Assembly: GCA_973895155.1 (NCBI GenBank)
Contig: OZ316894.1
Span: forward strand, 4,860,944-4,924,943
Reading direction: 5' to 3'
Length of the DNA: 64,000 nt
Source of the DNA: Marsupella aquatica
Taxonomy: Eukaryota; Plantae; Marchantiophyta
Shown here: piece by piece, positions 1 to 12,187 of the stretch
How positions within the stretch are numbered: the first letter of the stretch is position 1
Layout of the letters: the number at the start of each line of letters is the position of its first letter
Made by a program: the position numbers and the translations under genes
The notes under the pieces: generated by a model
The model's input: the letters and a program-made list of their open reading frames with translations, nothing else
Database searches by the model: none
What the model was told of the DNA's origin: nothing

Positions 1-149
1 CTCACGGGCAGAGCGATCAACCACGACGTGTCTAGTTCTCTTGAGTAGTAGTTGCTCACACTCACTCATGTGGAGACCCTCCACTATGACCGTAGTTGAG
101 TTATGGGCAGAATGGGTGCCCGGTCATGGGCTGCCACTAAACCACGACT

Positions 150-358
150 ACTCGCTTCTGCTGCCCTTGCCCGTAATCCCCCACTCTCGGACATGCGTGG
201 TGGATAAATCAGTCATTCACACTAGTAGCGTAAGTCCCGGGTCTTGCCGGGACACTCTCCCCTTGTCCCTGCCCGGCCGTCTTTTCGGGCATGTCCACCT
301 CGGGCGTAATTTTCGAGCCGGGAGCGGAGTGGGGTAGCGGGCCGCCTGCCCAACCCTA
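150..358. mobile_element. Right end of a hAT-like DNA transposon/MITE
   Basis: 347-358 TGCCCAACCCTA is the reverse complement of TAGGGTTGGGCA, which resembles plant hAT TIRs. It is preceded by CGGG/CCCG-rich subterminal sequence. The partner TIR is not seen in the window. Confidence 0.45.
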
Positions 359-3289
359 AAGCTACGAGCCTACATATTCCCCTCCGGTACTGAATAACGA
401 ACAGTGGTACCGGACCATCATGCTGCCCTCACGGTTCGCTAACGGTGCTTTAAAAACCCTCGAGCGAGCGAATTGGGCCGACGCAAAGAAGTCAGCCCTA
501 TGAGACTTTCCATAAATGTGAGCGTCACTCGCCGTCGAGATGGAATACCGGCAAACGTGACGACGGGCCGTCTCTAAATTTAGGCTTCTCTTAAATTAAT
601 TGATGATTGACGGGCAGGGTTAATTAGCTGGAGACGAATCGCAATCGGCGGGTGACGGCGACGGGTCGTCGGATCGTAACTACGTTAACGGCGGTAGACG
701 CTGCCCGACGCGGGCAGTGGGGGTAGTAGATAGACTTGAATGCCGGCTGCATGGCGGAAAATGACGGTCTGCGCAAAGACGGGCCGCCTCATTATTATTA
801 CGAGGACGGGTGAAGGGCAGGAGGGAGAGCGACGGGGTCGCCTCCAAAAGCATCCAGCAATTTTCGTTCGCCAAAGCGGACAGATTTATTTCGTGCAATT
901 GGGCCACCGGAATCGGTTCGTTGGACAGTGGCCTTATATATTACACGAATACACGAAGCGTCGACATATTTATTCGCTTTGTTGCCAATTCCATTAAATT
1001 GGACGGCGCTGCAAATGGGTTCTTTGATGAAGATTAGATGACCGACTAACTGACGGCTCTGCCAACGTGTACAGTGGATGCTACTGTAGAGAGCTCACAG
1101 TTGACGACGGAGCGCAGTTTGTTGGATTACCTGGTTGACGTAAAAAGCAGTAAACTATTGATGATTGTTTTGTGAAACATAGGAGAATATAGGGTCAAAC
1201 TGGACACAGAATCCCAAAAGGAAAAGGATCCATTCCAACAGAGCGACCAAGGGAGAAACTTCGTTAATCAGATAGAAAAATAAGACTACTGTAAGAGTCC
1301 CGAACAGCTGCAAAATGAACTCAAATCCTTCGAAATGGAAATAAATCATAACTTACTTGAAAATGTAGGGAGAGCTTGGAAGTCACAAGATAAAAAGCTG
1401 TAAATAAGAGCCCTTGGTTAACTCTCCCTGATTGGGTATTTTGCCTGCTAAATCATGCCTCCCTGTTGGAGCTTGTTAGTACATATTTAGTCCAGAGACC
1501 CTAAAGAATTTTAGTAATATCATGAGCATCTTGATGTAAACAATGAGTTTTCAGTGTATATAGTAGTCTTAAAACGAGAACTCTAAAACAAGAAAATCAT
1601 ATGTTTGTGTCACAGTCGACGGCGCAGCGCAGTTCTATGGATTACTGTAGGTGCCCCGTGTGAAGCAATCCAGTTTGGGCAGTAGAGGGCAGGGCTAGTT
1701 CGAATTGAGTCAGCGGGCGGGCGGGCGGGCGGGCTGGCAGGAAGGAAGAAATCGGATCTACGAACACTGTGAGTTTGTGAGCATTATGACCCAGGGCTGC
1801 CCAACCGGCCCAACGGGCAGGGCCGGGCAGGGCGGGGCCAGGCCTACGGGAGCATGCATCAGTGCTCTTGTAGTATGTGGATAAGATGACATGCCCTCCA
1901 GGTACCAGAACGGCGGCATTATCCCATGTAAATGGGGCAGCCTCGATGTTCTTGCAGCGAGCGCCTTCTTGGGCAGGTGTTACAAAAGAGAGGGAGCCGC
2001 CCATGATGGGGGTGAATCTATTATTAGGCCTTAGGCTATCCAAACCAGGTGGCGTACCTTATTGATTCGCAATATTAATAATAAGTGGGGCTTGGATCTA
2101 CCTCCAGAGCCAATAACTTCCATTGAAGATTAGGCGGTTGGCCTAATTAGCTTTAGATATGGTGGGCTTCAGTTGGCTTGGGGGCAGGCTGGATTTTCTA
2201 AGGTTGTTTCTTTCTTTTGGCCACGGTGGCAAATGTGACTGCGTCTTGAGGAGAAAATGCAAGAATACTTTTGATGTAGGTTTTATAGAATAATTGGCGA
2301 CGGTAGATTTTGCTAGATTATACATAACTGTCAGATTCTGTCGCTTGCATTCGTGGCTAGGGTGGAAAAATGGCTATTCAAAGACTAAAGGCTATCAAAT
2401 TTTTTCCAAAAAGGACTGAGGCTTTTTAGTAGTTTGGAATTGACCTCTCACTACCTCGTCCATAAAGTGAAGCATGGCCAAAGGCAATCCCCATGCCAGT
2501 GCTTTGGCCAGGAAAGAAATGATTTTGGAAAGCGTGTTCCCAGGACCGAAGATATAGGGAGATAGGGTGATTGGATGTATAAAAATCTATTTTATTTATC
2601 TATCTATCTACCTCTAGTATAATCTATGATTGAAATGGACAATTCATGAGCCCTGCCTTAATGCCCTTCCTGATTTTTTCCTGTGTGTTTTTCATGGCAA
2701 TCTGGGAGCATAGTGCCCTGGTCAAGATCTGGGTCATCTGTTAGTACAATTCTCCTATACTTTACTAAAGTGGAGTAAATTAGAGTCTCTTAGATCTTTT
2801 AAGTGTAATAAGGTCCTGTTTTCAGTGCATCATGTACATTAACAGCCCCTCAAAACATGAGCTGAAGTGTTCCTTTCAAGAAAAACAAAAACTTGAGCTT
2901 GAAACTCTCATTTTCCTCTAAAGAGGACTTTCATTGTATATATAATTCATTTGATTGATATTTTGGGCGAGAGTAACAAATGCCCCCTCCTCGTTAGCAG
3001 TACAAAATTTCATTTGATTTCAGGAGACTTTAACAAAACACTCTAACTTCCGCTTTAGCAGTGCCGCTAACCTGGTGGGGCCACGGGGCATTAGACCCGG
3101 CGGTGAGTGACTGCCACTACAGCAGTCCCTCGAGCCGGTGGAGTTGCCGGGAAAGAAACTATTTCGGGGTAAATGTTTCCCGGACGGAAGATATCGAGAG
3201 AGAGCGGGAGATCGGACGTGGGAAAGCAGCCGGGATGATGATGACGCCCTCACGCCGGTTTCTTTCTCCCTCCTGCACGGCCCCACGCG

Positions 3290-3830
3290 AATATAGAGAG
3301 AGACGGAGACGGAGAGAGAGAGAGCGAGAGGTTTCGCGATCGGCGGCGTAGCGAGAGACATGACACAGTTGTAGAAGTAGTAGTAGTAGTCGCAGGGACG
3401 ACTGTAGTAGACGAGCGTACTAGGCTCTTCTGGACTCGCAATTTTGCCGCAGAGTGACATCAAAGAAGAAGAAGAAGAAGAAGGAGAAGAGCGAGAGACG
3501 CTGAAGAAGAAGAGAAGGAGCTCGTCATCTGGGCCCGCTCGCTGTGCTCATCAATTCCTGCCTGCGATCGCTCCTCTTCCATGTCCGCTTTCCCTCCCCG
3601 CAATCCGTCGCTCCTCCCAACGCGTGCTCGCGCTCTGGAGCTGCTCATCAGCTTCTGCGGCTGCCTCAATCTCTCGCTTACATAAAGAGCTGGTCTTGAG
3701 GACAAACAATTACAACTGCCGCTCACTCGCATCCCAACTCCTCCTCCTGCCTCCTCCTCCTCCTCCTGTCTGCCTTGCGTTCGCCTTTTCGCACCGTGTC
3801 TGGCTGCTCTCGCTCTCGCGCTCACTCTTT
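3290..3830 (+). promoter_or_regulatory. ROXY promoter/5' leader with (GA)n, (GTA)n, (GAA)n and (CCT)n tracts and a TATA-like TACATAAA (~3679)
   Basis: Simple repeats at ~3294-3330, 3376-3390, 3464-3490 and 3738-3767, with a pyrimidine-rich patch downstream of the TATA-like motif. Regulatory role is inferred from position only. Confidence 0.45.
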
Positions 3831-4188
3831 GCTCGGCCTGGCTTTGCTTGGCTTGGGTGCTCTATCGTACCGGTACAATCTGAGAGATACTCTTGAGAGA
3901 CACTCAAGAAATGCAACAAGAGCACACTCCTGAGATTGAATGAGTAGTTGAGCACGTCGTGTGCATGAAGCGAGACCACACTCCTTGGATGAGAAGTTGA
4001 GAAGCGATTTCTGTGGCGGCTGTTCTTTTCGGTCAGAGTAGGATAGGAGGAGAAGCTGACTTGCTTTTCCGTTTGATTGTATCTCCTGTCTAGAGAGGGG
4101 CTGTGATTTGTGAATCGAGGCAGTGTGTAAGGAGACTGATTTGTCGCTCGAATCAGACACGACGGTTCTCTCCATTCCGTGGTTAGAT

Positions 4189-4575
4189 ATGCAGACGCAG
4201 ACGTTGGGATTCAGTATGGGCGACAGTCGGAGATCAATGCAAGGGATGAGTCAGGGGGACGCCGTAGAGCGCGTGGAGAGGTTGGCAGCGGAGAATGCCG
4301 TGGTCGTGTTCAGCAATAGTTCTTGCTGCATGTGTCATGTGGTGAAGCGACTCTTCTGCAGCTTGGGAGTGGGACCTACGGTTTATGAATTGGACGACAT
4401 GAACGGAGGCTCGGAAATGGAAGATGCGTTGAGGAGATTAGTGGGCGATTCGCAGGCTGTCCCAGCGGTTTTCGTCGGAGGGAAGCTACTCGGTGGTTTA
4501 GATCGTGTCATGGCCGCTCACATTAGCGGAGCGCTGATACCGCAGCTGAAAGAAGCTGGAGCTCTCTGGTTGTGA
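4189..4575 (+). CDS. ROXY: CC-type glutaredoxin (ROXY family), 128 aa, intronless
   Basis: First ATG (4189) of ORF 4123-4575 gives MQTQ...AAENAVVVFSNSSCCMCHVVKRLF...VPAVFVGGKLLGGLDRVMAAHISGALIPQLKEAGALWL. It carries the CCMC active site, the VP/GG glutathione-binding motifs, an LxxL-type motif and C-terminal ALWL, all diagnostic of land-plant ROXYs. Confidence 0.96.
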   Translation: MQTQTLGFSMGDSRRSMQGMSQGDAVERVERLAAENAVVVFSNSSCCMCHVVKRLFCSLGVGPTVYELDDMNGGSEMEDALRRLVGDSQAVPAVFVGGKLLGGLDRVMAAHISGALIPQLKEAGALWL

Positions 4576-6539
4576 AGGTCTAGAACCTAAGCAAGAGTTT
4601 TGTACCCTCTTCACCGAATTTTGAGGTCGCTTCCTTGGGTGGCCAGGAGATTGGTCAGTTGATCTTTCTTCTCCACGAAACAAATTCACTCAATAGCCGG
4701 CACATTGGAAATTACATTCGTTCTGAGGCGGCACAGGCTTTAACTCCTGTTCGCAGATCTTCCGAGAAACGTCAGTGCAAGAATCTAATACCGGCAATAG
4801 GGGCCACTGAAGATGTCGTTTTCTTCCTTGAGCCGATTTTCAGCCGGACTTTCGCGAAGTTATCTGTTGTCCAGTGGTTCAGCATCAGGAGAGAACGAAT
4901 CAGAAGTGGGGATGTAATCTGGAGACTCGTGTCTCTTGGCGGCAAAGACAGTGGTTACTGGTTTTGATCCCACTCTTAAGAACACGGGTGTCGTGTCGGC
5001 AACACGCAATAGCCGACACGACTCCCCTTTTAGGAGCATCATCTAACAGCAGCAGCAGAATCGGTAGATCGATCTGCGAGTATACAAATTCGGACAGTGT
5101 GATCCAATTTTCCAATTAGTTAGTAGAGGGGGTCTTGGGGATACCGCGAGTCGTAACCATCCCCCTGCCTTCGGCCTCGAGTATTGATCTTAAAAGGGCA
5201 ATTTATTCACTGCTAATGCTCACGTCCGTCACGGCATTTTCGTCACCATTTCGGTGGTGGGTGCTTGAGCAAGCACCAATGTATTAAAAACTTTTGTGGC
5301 TCGCTAATTTTTTATCAGAAACCAACATTATCGACAGCAGTTTCATCGGATGTCGGCGCATCAAGTCTGTACCGCTTGTACTGTATGTGGTCTCAGTTCT
5401 GTCTTGTTATTGTATCATCCGCCTTGAATTGTATGTGCCTTTTCACTTCGTTCGAATCTAAATTTCGTCTGGCTGAAGTCGTCACAACCGCGCCCCGTTT
5501 TTTGGCAACTTTCGAGATAGTTTTCCTTGCGTTATAGCGTTCAATTTGAGAAAGTTGTCAAGGGGGGCAGACATCCAAGCCTCCCTTGCGTTTGAGCTTA
5601 CAATGTCTCCAGACGCATGAGAGTGAAGGGAGACGTCAAGGTCGGGCCTTCCAAGGGGTCGACAACAAGAAATGTCGGTGACAGAACGACAACTGATTGC
5701 ACATCAGTCGGGCGCTTGCCGCGACCGACAGGTGTCTGCAAACTCGCTCACTGTCTCTCTACGCTCGCAACAACTTACTACTCGAGAGTTTCCGACAAGC
5801 AGACTCCCTTGCTCGCCACTACGAAGAACGTGATCTTGATTGGGTTGTGAGGCCAGTACCACCATCTTGTGGGTTCAGGGTGAGGGGTTTCAGGAAGTAT
5901 AGTAGTTTAATCATCCGAGGGCAAGATGGGTGGGTGCTCTTGTCGAGGATGCGGTACCGAATGGAATTTGGCCGAAAGCAGCGGCGGCAGTGCAGTAAGT
6001 TTGCACGTATGCTGGGAAGCTTTTCACTCTGCCCGGGAGCTGTCAAGCTTGCATGGGTGTGAGCAAAGCCAGGCCAGGCCAGTCCCGACTGAACGGGGTG
6101 AGTGACGTTAATCTGGGAGGTGGGGGAAGCTCGTACAACGCAAGTCGTGTTGCTGAGCGCGCTCTACATCTAGCTAGGCAGACAGGATGTTCCGCTTCTT
6201 GACCGTCGTTTTTGTTACCAACACCGTACCTGGACCAAGAAGTCTCTGGTCTAAAAGCGCGGTCGTAGGATACGAATAGAGTCCAGACTAGGTAGGCTAT
6301 CTTCGCCAGGAGCTCCGAGAAGATCCCACGTCGGTGAAAGGAAGACAGGCGTACCACTGTACTTCGGTGGTGGGTTCCCATGTGCGACACAGAGAGTACG
6401 CATGAAGCAATCGTGTGGGTGTGGGAAGTAAATGATCTTTCGCTCGCTAGCAGAGAAAGCGGAGCTACATCGTTCTCGTCTTAGCTTCTTTTGTTTGGCA
6501 TTGCTTTGCTTTGTTCTGATAGAGGGTTCCGTCAGACAC

Positions 6540-8400
6540 ATGACAAGAACTAGTCCCATCGTGAGCAGTGGTGGGAGCATAATGATATATAATGACCACC
6601 GTGTCCTGTCGTTGCAGGGCCAGGCGAATCGAAGCGAACACTATCCCTTCCTTGACTTAGCTTCTGTTGATTTCCAGTCCACCAGGGCAGCACTGCAGCA
6701 CCACAGCTCAACTTTTACTGCAGGCAGCAGGCACTGGGGTCTTCGTGGCTACTAACTGCTAGTAAGATTGGCGTCGACCCTATGAGTCCAAAAGATTATG
6801 AAACGCAGCTCTTCCTAGTTTCCACCAATGGGTGTTGGTATCAACGCCTCGGAAACCTGGAAATTCGTTAGTACGTGTTTGACGGGAGCGAAGGATCCTG
6901 GAGGCAGTGTTCTGAGCGCCAGACTGGCGTGTCCGGTCGTCATAGTCTTCGCTGACGTTTGAGTAATCCAAGTTGGATCTCAGGCCCATGCCCTGCGCTG
7001 ATCATTCCGAGTACGTAGCACTGTTGTAACCTACTAGTGCCTCTGCTGCAAGTTGCGTTTTTCATACTTTTCGCTCACTGGAGGCGCGAGATAACGCCCT
7101 CGGTAAGCTTTTTCTGAAACATTGCTTTTCAGTACTGTTGTAGCCTCTCCTCTACTACATTCGAAACTCCCTGCCTCACTAGAGTTCAGAATTCCCCCAG
7201 ATTCTGCATCCAGGTTGAAAATGCTGAGTATTTGTCCGTTCCCCTCTCTACTCCTTCAGATTCACCCATGATTTCTTTGTCCACAGCAATACTTTATTTA
7301 ATTCTGAATTGGGATTTCGACAGACTCGTCTTTTCCAGAGTTCTTAATGATTCCTCTTAGAATGCCAAGTTGTCGGCTCTCAATGTGAGTGGAAACGTTT
7401 TCAGCACACCTGCTATCGAGGTCAAAATTGTGCTGCGTATCCCCTTTTTCCTGTTCAATCATTTCCTTCGCATGCCCACAAGTTAGAACACGTCAGCTCA
7501 TCTCCAAGCAAAGGTCAAACAAGTTCTGTGCATCGTCTTCAGTGAAGTCGGAGATTTTCTCCACATCTCCAGTGAAGGTATGTGAATTGTCTACTTTCAC
7601 GTAAACTGTGAGTGTTTTCTGCACGGTTGAGTTCAATTTCAGTGCGCTTCTCCCCTGTGAAGTCAAATAAGTGCTACAATAGTGTCTCTCTTCACGGAAT
7701 TGAGTGAAATCTTTCGTGGCAGAAAGTCACAACAGCCCACCATGTAATAACAACCTTCATCTATTCTTTAAACAAAGCATGTGCTAGGGAATACAGCTCC
7801 CCAGCTGAAGAAATTTCTGGGCAACTTAGAATTCTACAGTGGAAAGCGAGAATCGGTAGGTTTGATGCAGTTGTCTAGTGGGCGCCGGCAAAGTCTGTCA
7901 CGAGGGATCACCACTTACGGGACACGAACTCTGGCCTCTATTTAATGAAATTCTCGAGTCCATTAATCACGTATTCTGATGCTTCAATGTCTTGGTAGTG
8001 TTGCAATTCGGTCGTGGTGAATAGTCTCTGACTCTTTTCTCGCCTCCCACACATAACAGAATACTAATTAACCTTCCGTTGCTGTCTAGATTTTCCTTCC
8101 AGCCGAGCTTGGCATTGCAACCCACCCTCATCACCTCTTTCTGTTCACAAAAGTCATCAAATTACGGTCCTTGGCACGACGGCTGCGAGAAAGATTCGTC
8201 GCTGCCCCAATTGTGTAACTTCTGCCTGCCACTTCTTCGCATGTTTGAAGAGAATTCCACTGTGGTCTGTCTCGAGTGTAATGGTAACATGATCTCCTCG
8301 ATCGCCTACAAACATCGCTTGGACTGCCACAGACCACACTGCTCTCCTCTCTTCCTGCTCCTCGGAATTCCAGTCCAGCCCAGAGTCCCAGACCCAAGCC
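6540..8400 (-). pseudogene. Decayed coding sequence of unidentified family
   Basis: Minus-strand translation gives long protein-like runs (VQKTLTVYVKVDNSHTFTGDVEKISDFTEDDAQNLFDLCLEMS*; YSAFSTWMQNLGEF*TLVRQGVSNVVEERLQQY*KAMFQKKLTEGVISRLQ*AKS). These are broken by in-frame TGA/TAG stops and frameshifts, with a possible GTAAGT...TAG intron at ~7833-7918. Confidence 0.4.
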
Positions 8401-8559
8401 GTCAGTTCTTTCTTTCAGCTTTTCTGCTACTGCTCGCCGGTCAGCGCAGTCCCCCTGGGCCTGCCCGGCCGTTCTTAAACTTTCCTACTACTGCCCGCTT
8501 GTCAGAGCAGTCCCCCTGGGCCTGCCGTAATACATAGTGTCATCCGCGCTCGCTCAAGA

Positions 8560-8690
8560 AATAATTACTATTAAATAACTGGACCCGAATGACATAATGT
8601 AAAATAATTAATATTCAATAATTGGACCTGAATGACATAATGTAAGATATCTACTATCAAATAATTGGACCTGAATGACATAATGTATGT
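8560..8690. repeat. Tandem repeat, ~43-bp unit x3
   Basis: AATAA(C/T)TGGACC(C/T)GAATGACATAATGTA repeated three times. Confidence 0.9.
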
Positions 8691-9133
8691 ATTAGAGTAT
8701 AACTTTTAAGAAGATTCTAAACATCTTATGCAAATCTGTTCTCTTTTAAGTGCATATGTTATTTCCAATATTGACAAAAATAAAACACAATATGTAAAGA
8801 GTATTATTTTAGACAAACTTATTTATGTAAAGCGTTGACTTCTCAGTATTTATAATTAAAAAACTAGAGCTGGAGAATGATATTTTGGTGTTCTGGTATA
8901 ATTATACATTTCAAACGATACATTATTTTCAATATTAAAAAAACGAACACATGAGATTCGAACGACATTTCTAAGCATGTATATGCAAAACGCTGACTTT
9001 TCAGTGTTGATTGTGAAACTAAAAAAAGTAGAACTGGACAATAGAATAATATTTTGGCGTTCCGGCATTTTACTCGAAAATATTTGCGTGCCCTGAGCTA
9101 TTAGCAGCCTCAGATTTACTCGGGCGATACCAC

Positions 9134-9385
9134 GCACGGTCAAGGGGCGGGGCAGGGCAGAGGTAGACGGCTACGGGCACAATCCAATCTTCCGCAGACG
9201 TCAAATTACCCGAAAAATTTCCCAGTGTCAGGGGTCAGGCAGGGGTAGACGGCTACGGGCAGGATCCAATCCACTACCAGACGTCAAATTTCCTCGCGCA
9301 CGGTCAGGGACCCGGGCCGGGCAGTGGTACGTGTAGCCGGGTAGGGGCAGGATCCCAATCCACTCCCAGACGAAAACCCAATCAG
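9134..9385. repeat. G-rich degenerate tandem repeat, ~75-85 bp x3
   Basis: Recurring GGTCA(A/G)GGG...GGTAGACGGCTACGGGCA.(A/G)ATCCAATC...CAGACGTCAAATT. Confidence 0.8.
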
Positions 9386-9649
9386 CTGCCTCTGGTCCCC
9401 AGTTCATGTGAACGTGCGGCAGAGCTGCCCGACCGAAAGGAACTACTACTAATGCCGTCACTCCCCAAACCCATCAGGAGAGCTGACGCTGGGCTCTGTG
9501 CCACTCCCAGACATACCGGACGGATTTTCGTCTTTTGGTCTTTTCGTTGCTCGGAGCCCGAGCGCCTCGTTCATGACATATGATTGATCGTCTAGCACTG
9601 TTTGCTCGACTCCTGTTTACTTCAGTTCATCTATGGTCTTTCTATATAT

Positions 9650-9880
9650 CCTGCTCCTGCCCGTTTCAATCTCGTTTTGTCTTCAGCAGGAATCCATGAT
9701 CTTTGTATTGTTGTCCCCTTGCTCCTGCCCGTTTCCAGTCTCCCAAACACTGTCTTCGATTCAATTTCAAAACCAATCTATGATCTTTGTATCGTCCCCC
9801 TTGCTGCTGCCCGTTTCCAGTCTCCCAAACACTGTCTTGTCTTCATCACTGATCTTTCCATCCTGCTGCTGCCCGCTTTC
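9650..9880. repeat. Tandem duplication, ~84-bp unit x2 plus partial copies
   Basis: ATGATCTTTGTAT...GTCCCCTTGCT.CTGCCCGTTTCCAGTCTCCCAAACACTGTCTT at ~9696 and ~9780. Confidence 0.85.
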
Positions 9881-10954
9881 GGTCTTGTCTTGCCGTTTTC
9901 TTTGCCTTCACAACATTCTTGACCACTGTTCATGCTGCTGCTGCCCGCCCTCCCATTAGCACTGTGGTGCCCAGGTTTTCATGTGCAAAAGTCTCTCTGT
10001 GGCTCTTCTGATTCCACCAGCCACAGTACCAGTGCACCTATGTGTGGTTCTTTTGATACCACCAGCTAGTATACCTGGGCATAGGTGCAGGAAGGGCTCT
10101 CACTTGGGGGCTTGGGGGGTCTGGGTAACTGCATATCAAATTATCTACAACTATAATAAGGGATTCAGTCTTTTTGCATCCTTCGTCCCAATACAAAAAA
10201 AAACTCTTTGGCGGGAAAGATCCACAGCCGTTGGATTTGATTAGCTGTTTTCCCTGACCATAGAGACTCCCTATGGGACCGGCCCTCCTTGCAGAGTGCA
10301 GCGCACTGGCATAGGGCTCGGTACATATATAGTGTGAGACATCCCTCCATACCAGGATAAATCTCATTATTTTCTTTATATCAATGAGGTGCACACTGTA
10401 TGTTAACACATTTTGATGTGTGATTACCAGCAGGGCCTTTTGGGTGCATAGTGGGATATTTAGAATTTTGATAGAAAATTCTCTATTATCAGAGAGAAAT
10501 TACTACCTAAGACTTTGCTCGCTTGAGTAGGTCAGTATACTTTGGACCTGAATTATAATGTAGATGAGACTATTGCGGATTATAGTATAGATCTCTCTTT
10601 GTCGGTCCTGCTTCAGCAGTCTTTGTCCCACAAGTTTACATGGCACAAAGTTTCCATTCAAGACAAAACAAAAATAAGAAAATTATGCAGGACTTTTAAG
10701 CAGGCAGAGGAGACTAAACCCGAGCCCAGATGGACCTAAGGGTTTGAGGAATGCTTGAATGGACCAGCACAACCCATAGTTGACGATTGATTTGTTTTAA
10801 GCTAAAATATCACGTTTCCTTAGTACAACTATACAAATTTGTTGTCAAAAGTGAGCTGGTCTATCTGGATTTCAAAGGTTTAAGGCAATGGCCAATCCAA
10901 AGCATACTTTTTGCAGAAAGATTTTGGGTTCATTAAGTTTTATGTATAATTAGT

Positions 10955-11400
10955 GTTTTAGGATTTTGGGTGTTGCAACACTCCGTGATCATTGTTGTGA
11001 GAAGAGCTTTCACCCAAAATTCCATTCTAGCAGGGGCATAATAATTGGGACCCCTTCTTCATTAGCCACACAGTTGCATTATTTTAGGCAAAAGAGAGTT
11101 TGGGGTTTGTAATTTCTATTTCTAATTAGGGTTTAGTGTTTTCGGTGTTGCAGCCTGTGGTGACGATGTTGCTGGCGCCAGAGTTTTAAGCCCCAGTTTC
11201 ATTCCGGCTGGCATAATAATCGGGAACCTTCTTCATCAGGCACACAAAATTGCATTGGTTTTGGCAAACTGTTTGGGGTTATTAATTTTTTAATTTGTTA
11301 TGATTAGGGTTCAGGGTTGCTACAGTTGGTGACGATGTGACACCCAACATTCCATTCCAGTAGGGGCATAATAATTGGGAACCCCTCTCCATCAGCACAC
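10955..11400. repeat. Degenerate tandem repeat, ~165-180 bp x3
   Basis: TTCCATTC.AG.AGGGGCATAATAAT(T/C)GGGA.CC...CAT.AG..CACA core at ~11020, ~11197 and ~11349. Confidence 0.8.
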
Positions 11401-12053
11401 AATTATTTGCCCTTCATTCAAGCCACCATGGACCTTGAGCGTCATGTGCCATTTACTAACCCCGTGTGTCAAACGGTGATGTTGGCCCCATGCGTCCCTT
11501 GCAATCATCAGAGGGATCTCCCATGAGAAAGTACCTTCAACCCCACGCCCATGCATCCATCACTACCATTGTCAATCACTTTCTAATCCTACTTTTCATC
11601 ATGAGAAGAGAGGAACAAGAATGGTAACCTCTCTAATCATAACGAGAAAAACAACACGAATTGATGCAACTTCTTCCCTCATCATGGAGGGAAACATGCA
11701 CGAAATCTTAAATTCTATTCCATGTTGTCATAAAGAGGAAAGAGCACCCAGCTGCAACTTTGGTCATCACCAAAAGCGTAGACAAACAAAATCATGAACA
11801 TAAGTATCATAACCCCCCTTCTTTCAGATATCATCATCCGATTTCCTGTCTCGTCTCCCCAATGAACGTTTCATCATTGTTGTCCGATAAGTCACCTTTG
11901 GATATATTCAAGTGGAGTATCTTTGGTAATTTTTGGTATGTGGGCAGTGAAAGCTTTTTGGCAAAAAAAAAACGCCACCCAACAAAGGTCACTGTACAAA
12001 GGAGATTTTCTGGTGTGTGTGTGGTTGACCCCCTCCATCAAATCATATTTAGA

Positions 12054-12187
12054 TAATTGCATATCAAAATGTGACAGAATATGGTGTATGAGGAATAACA
12101 TGCATTGAATAAAAATGAATAATTGATGTTATCATGGTATAAACTGACATGGTGCACCTTATATTGTCACATTTTGATATGCAATTA
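12054..12187. mobile_element. 134-bp MITE-like fold-back element
   Basis: Perfect 23-bp inverted repeat TAATTGCATATCAAAATGTGACA (12054-12076 and 12165-12187) with ~12 bp of imperfect extension. The outer TA can be read as a TA target-site duplication. Confidence 0.75.

Noticed and set aside
3020-3979. Overlapping 90-150 aa ORFs upstream of ROXY
   Set aside because: Low-complexity translations of GA/CT/GAA microsatellites with no domain.
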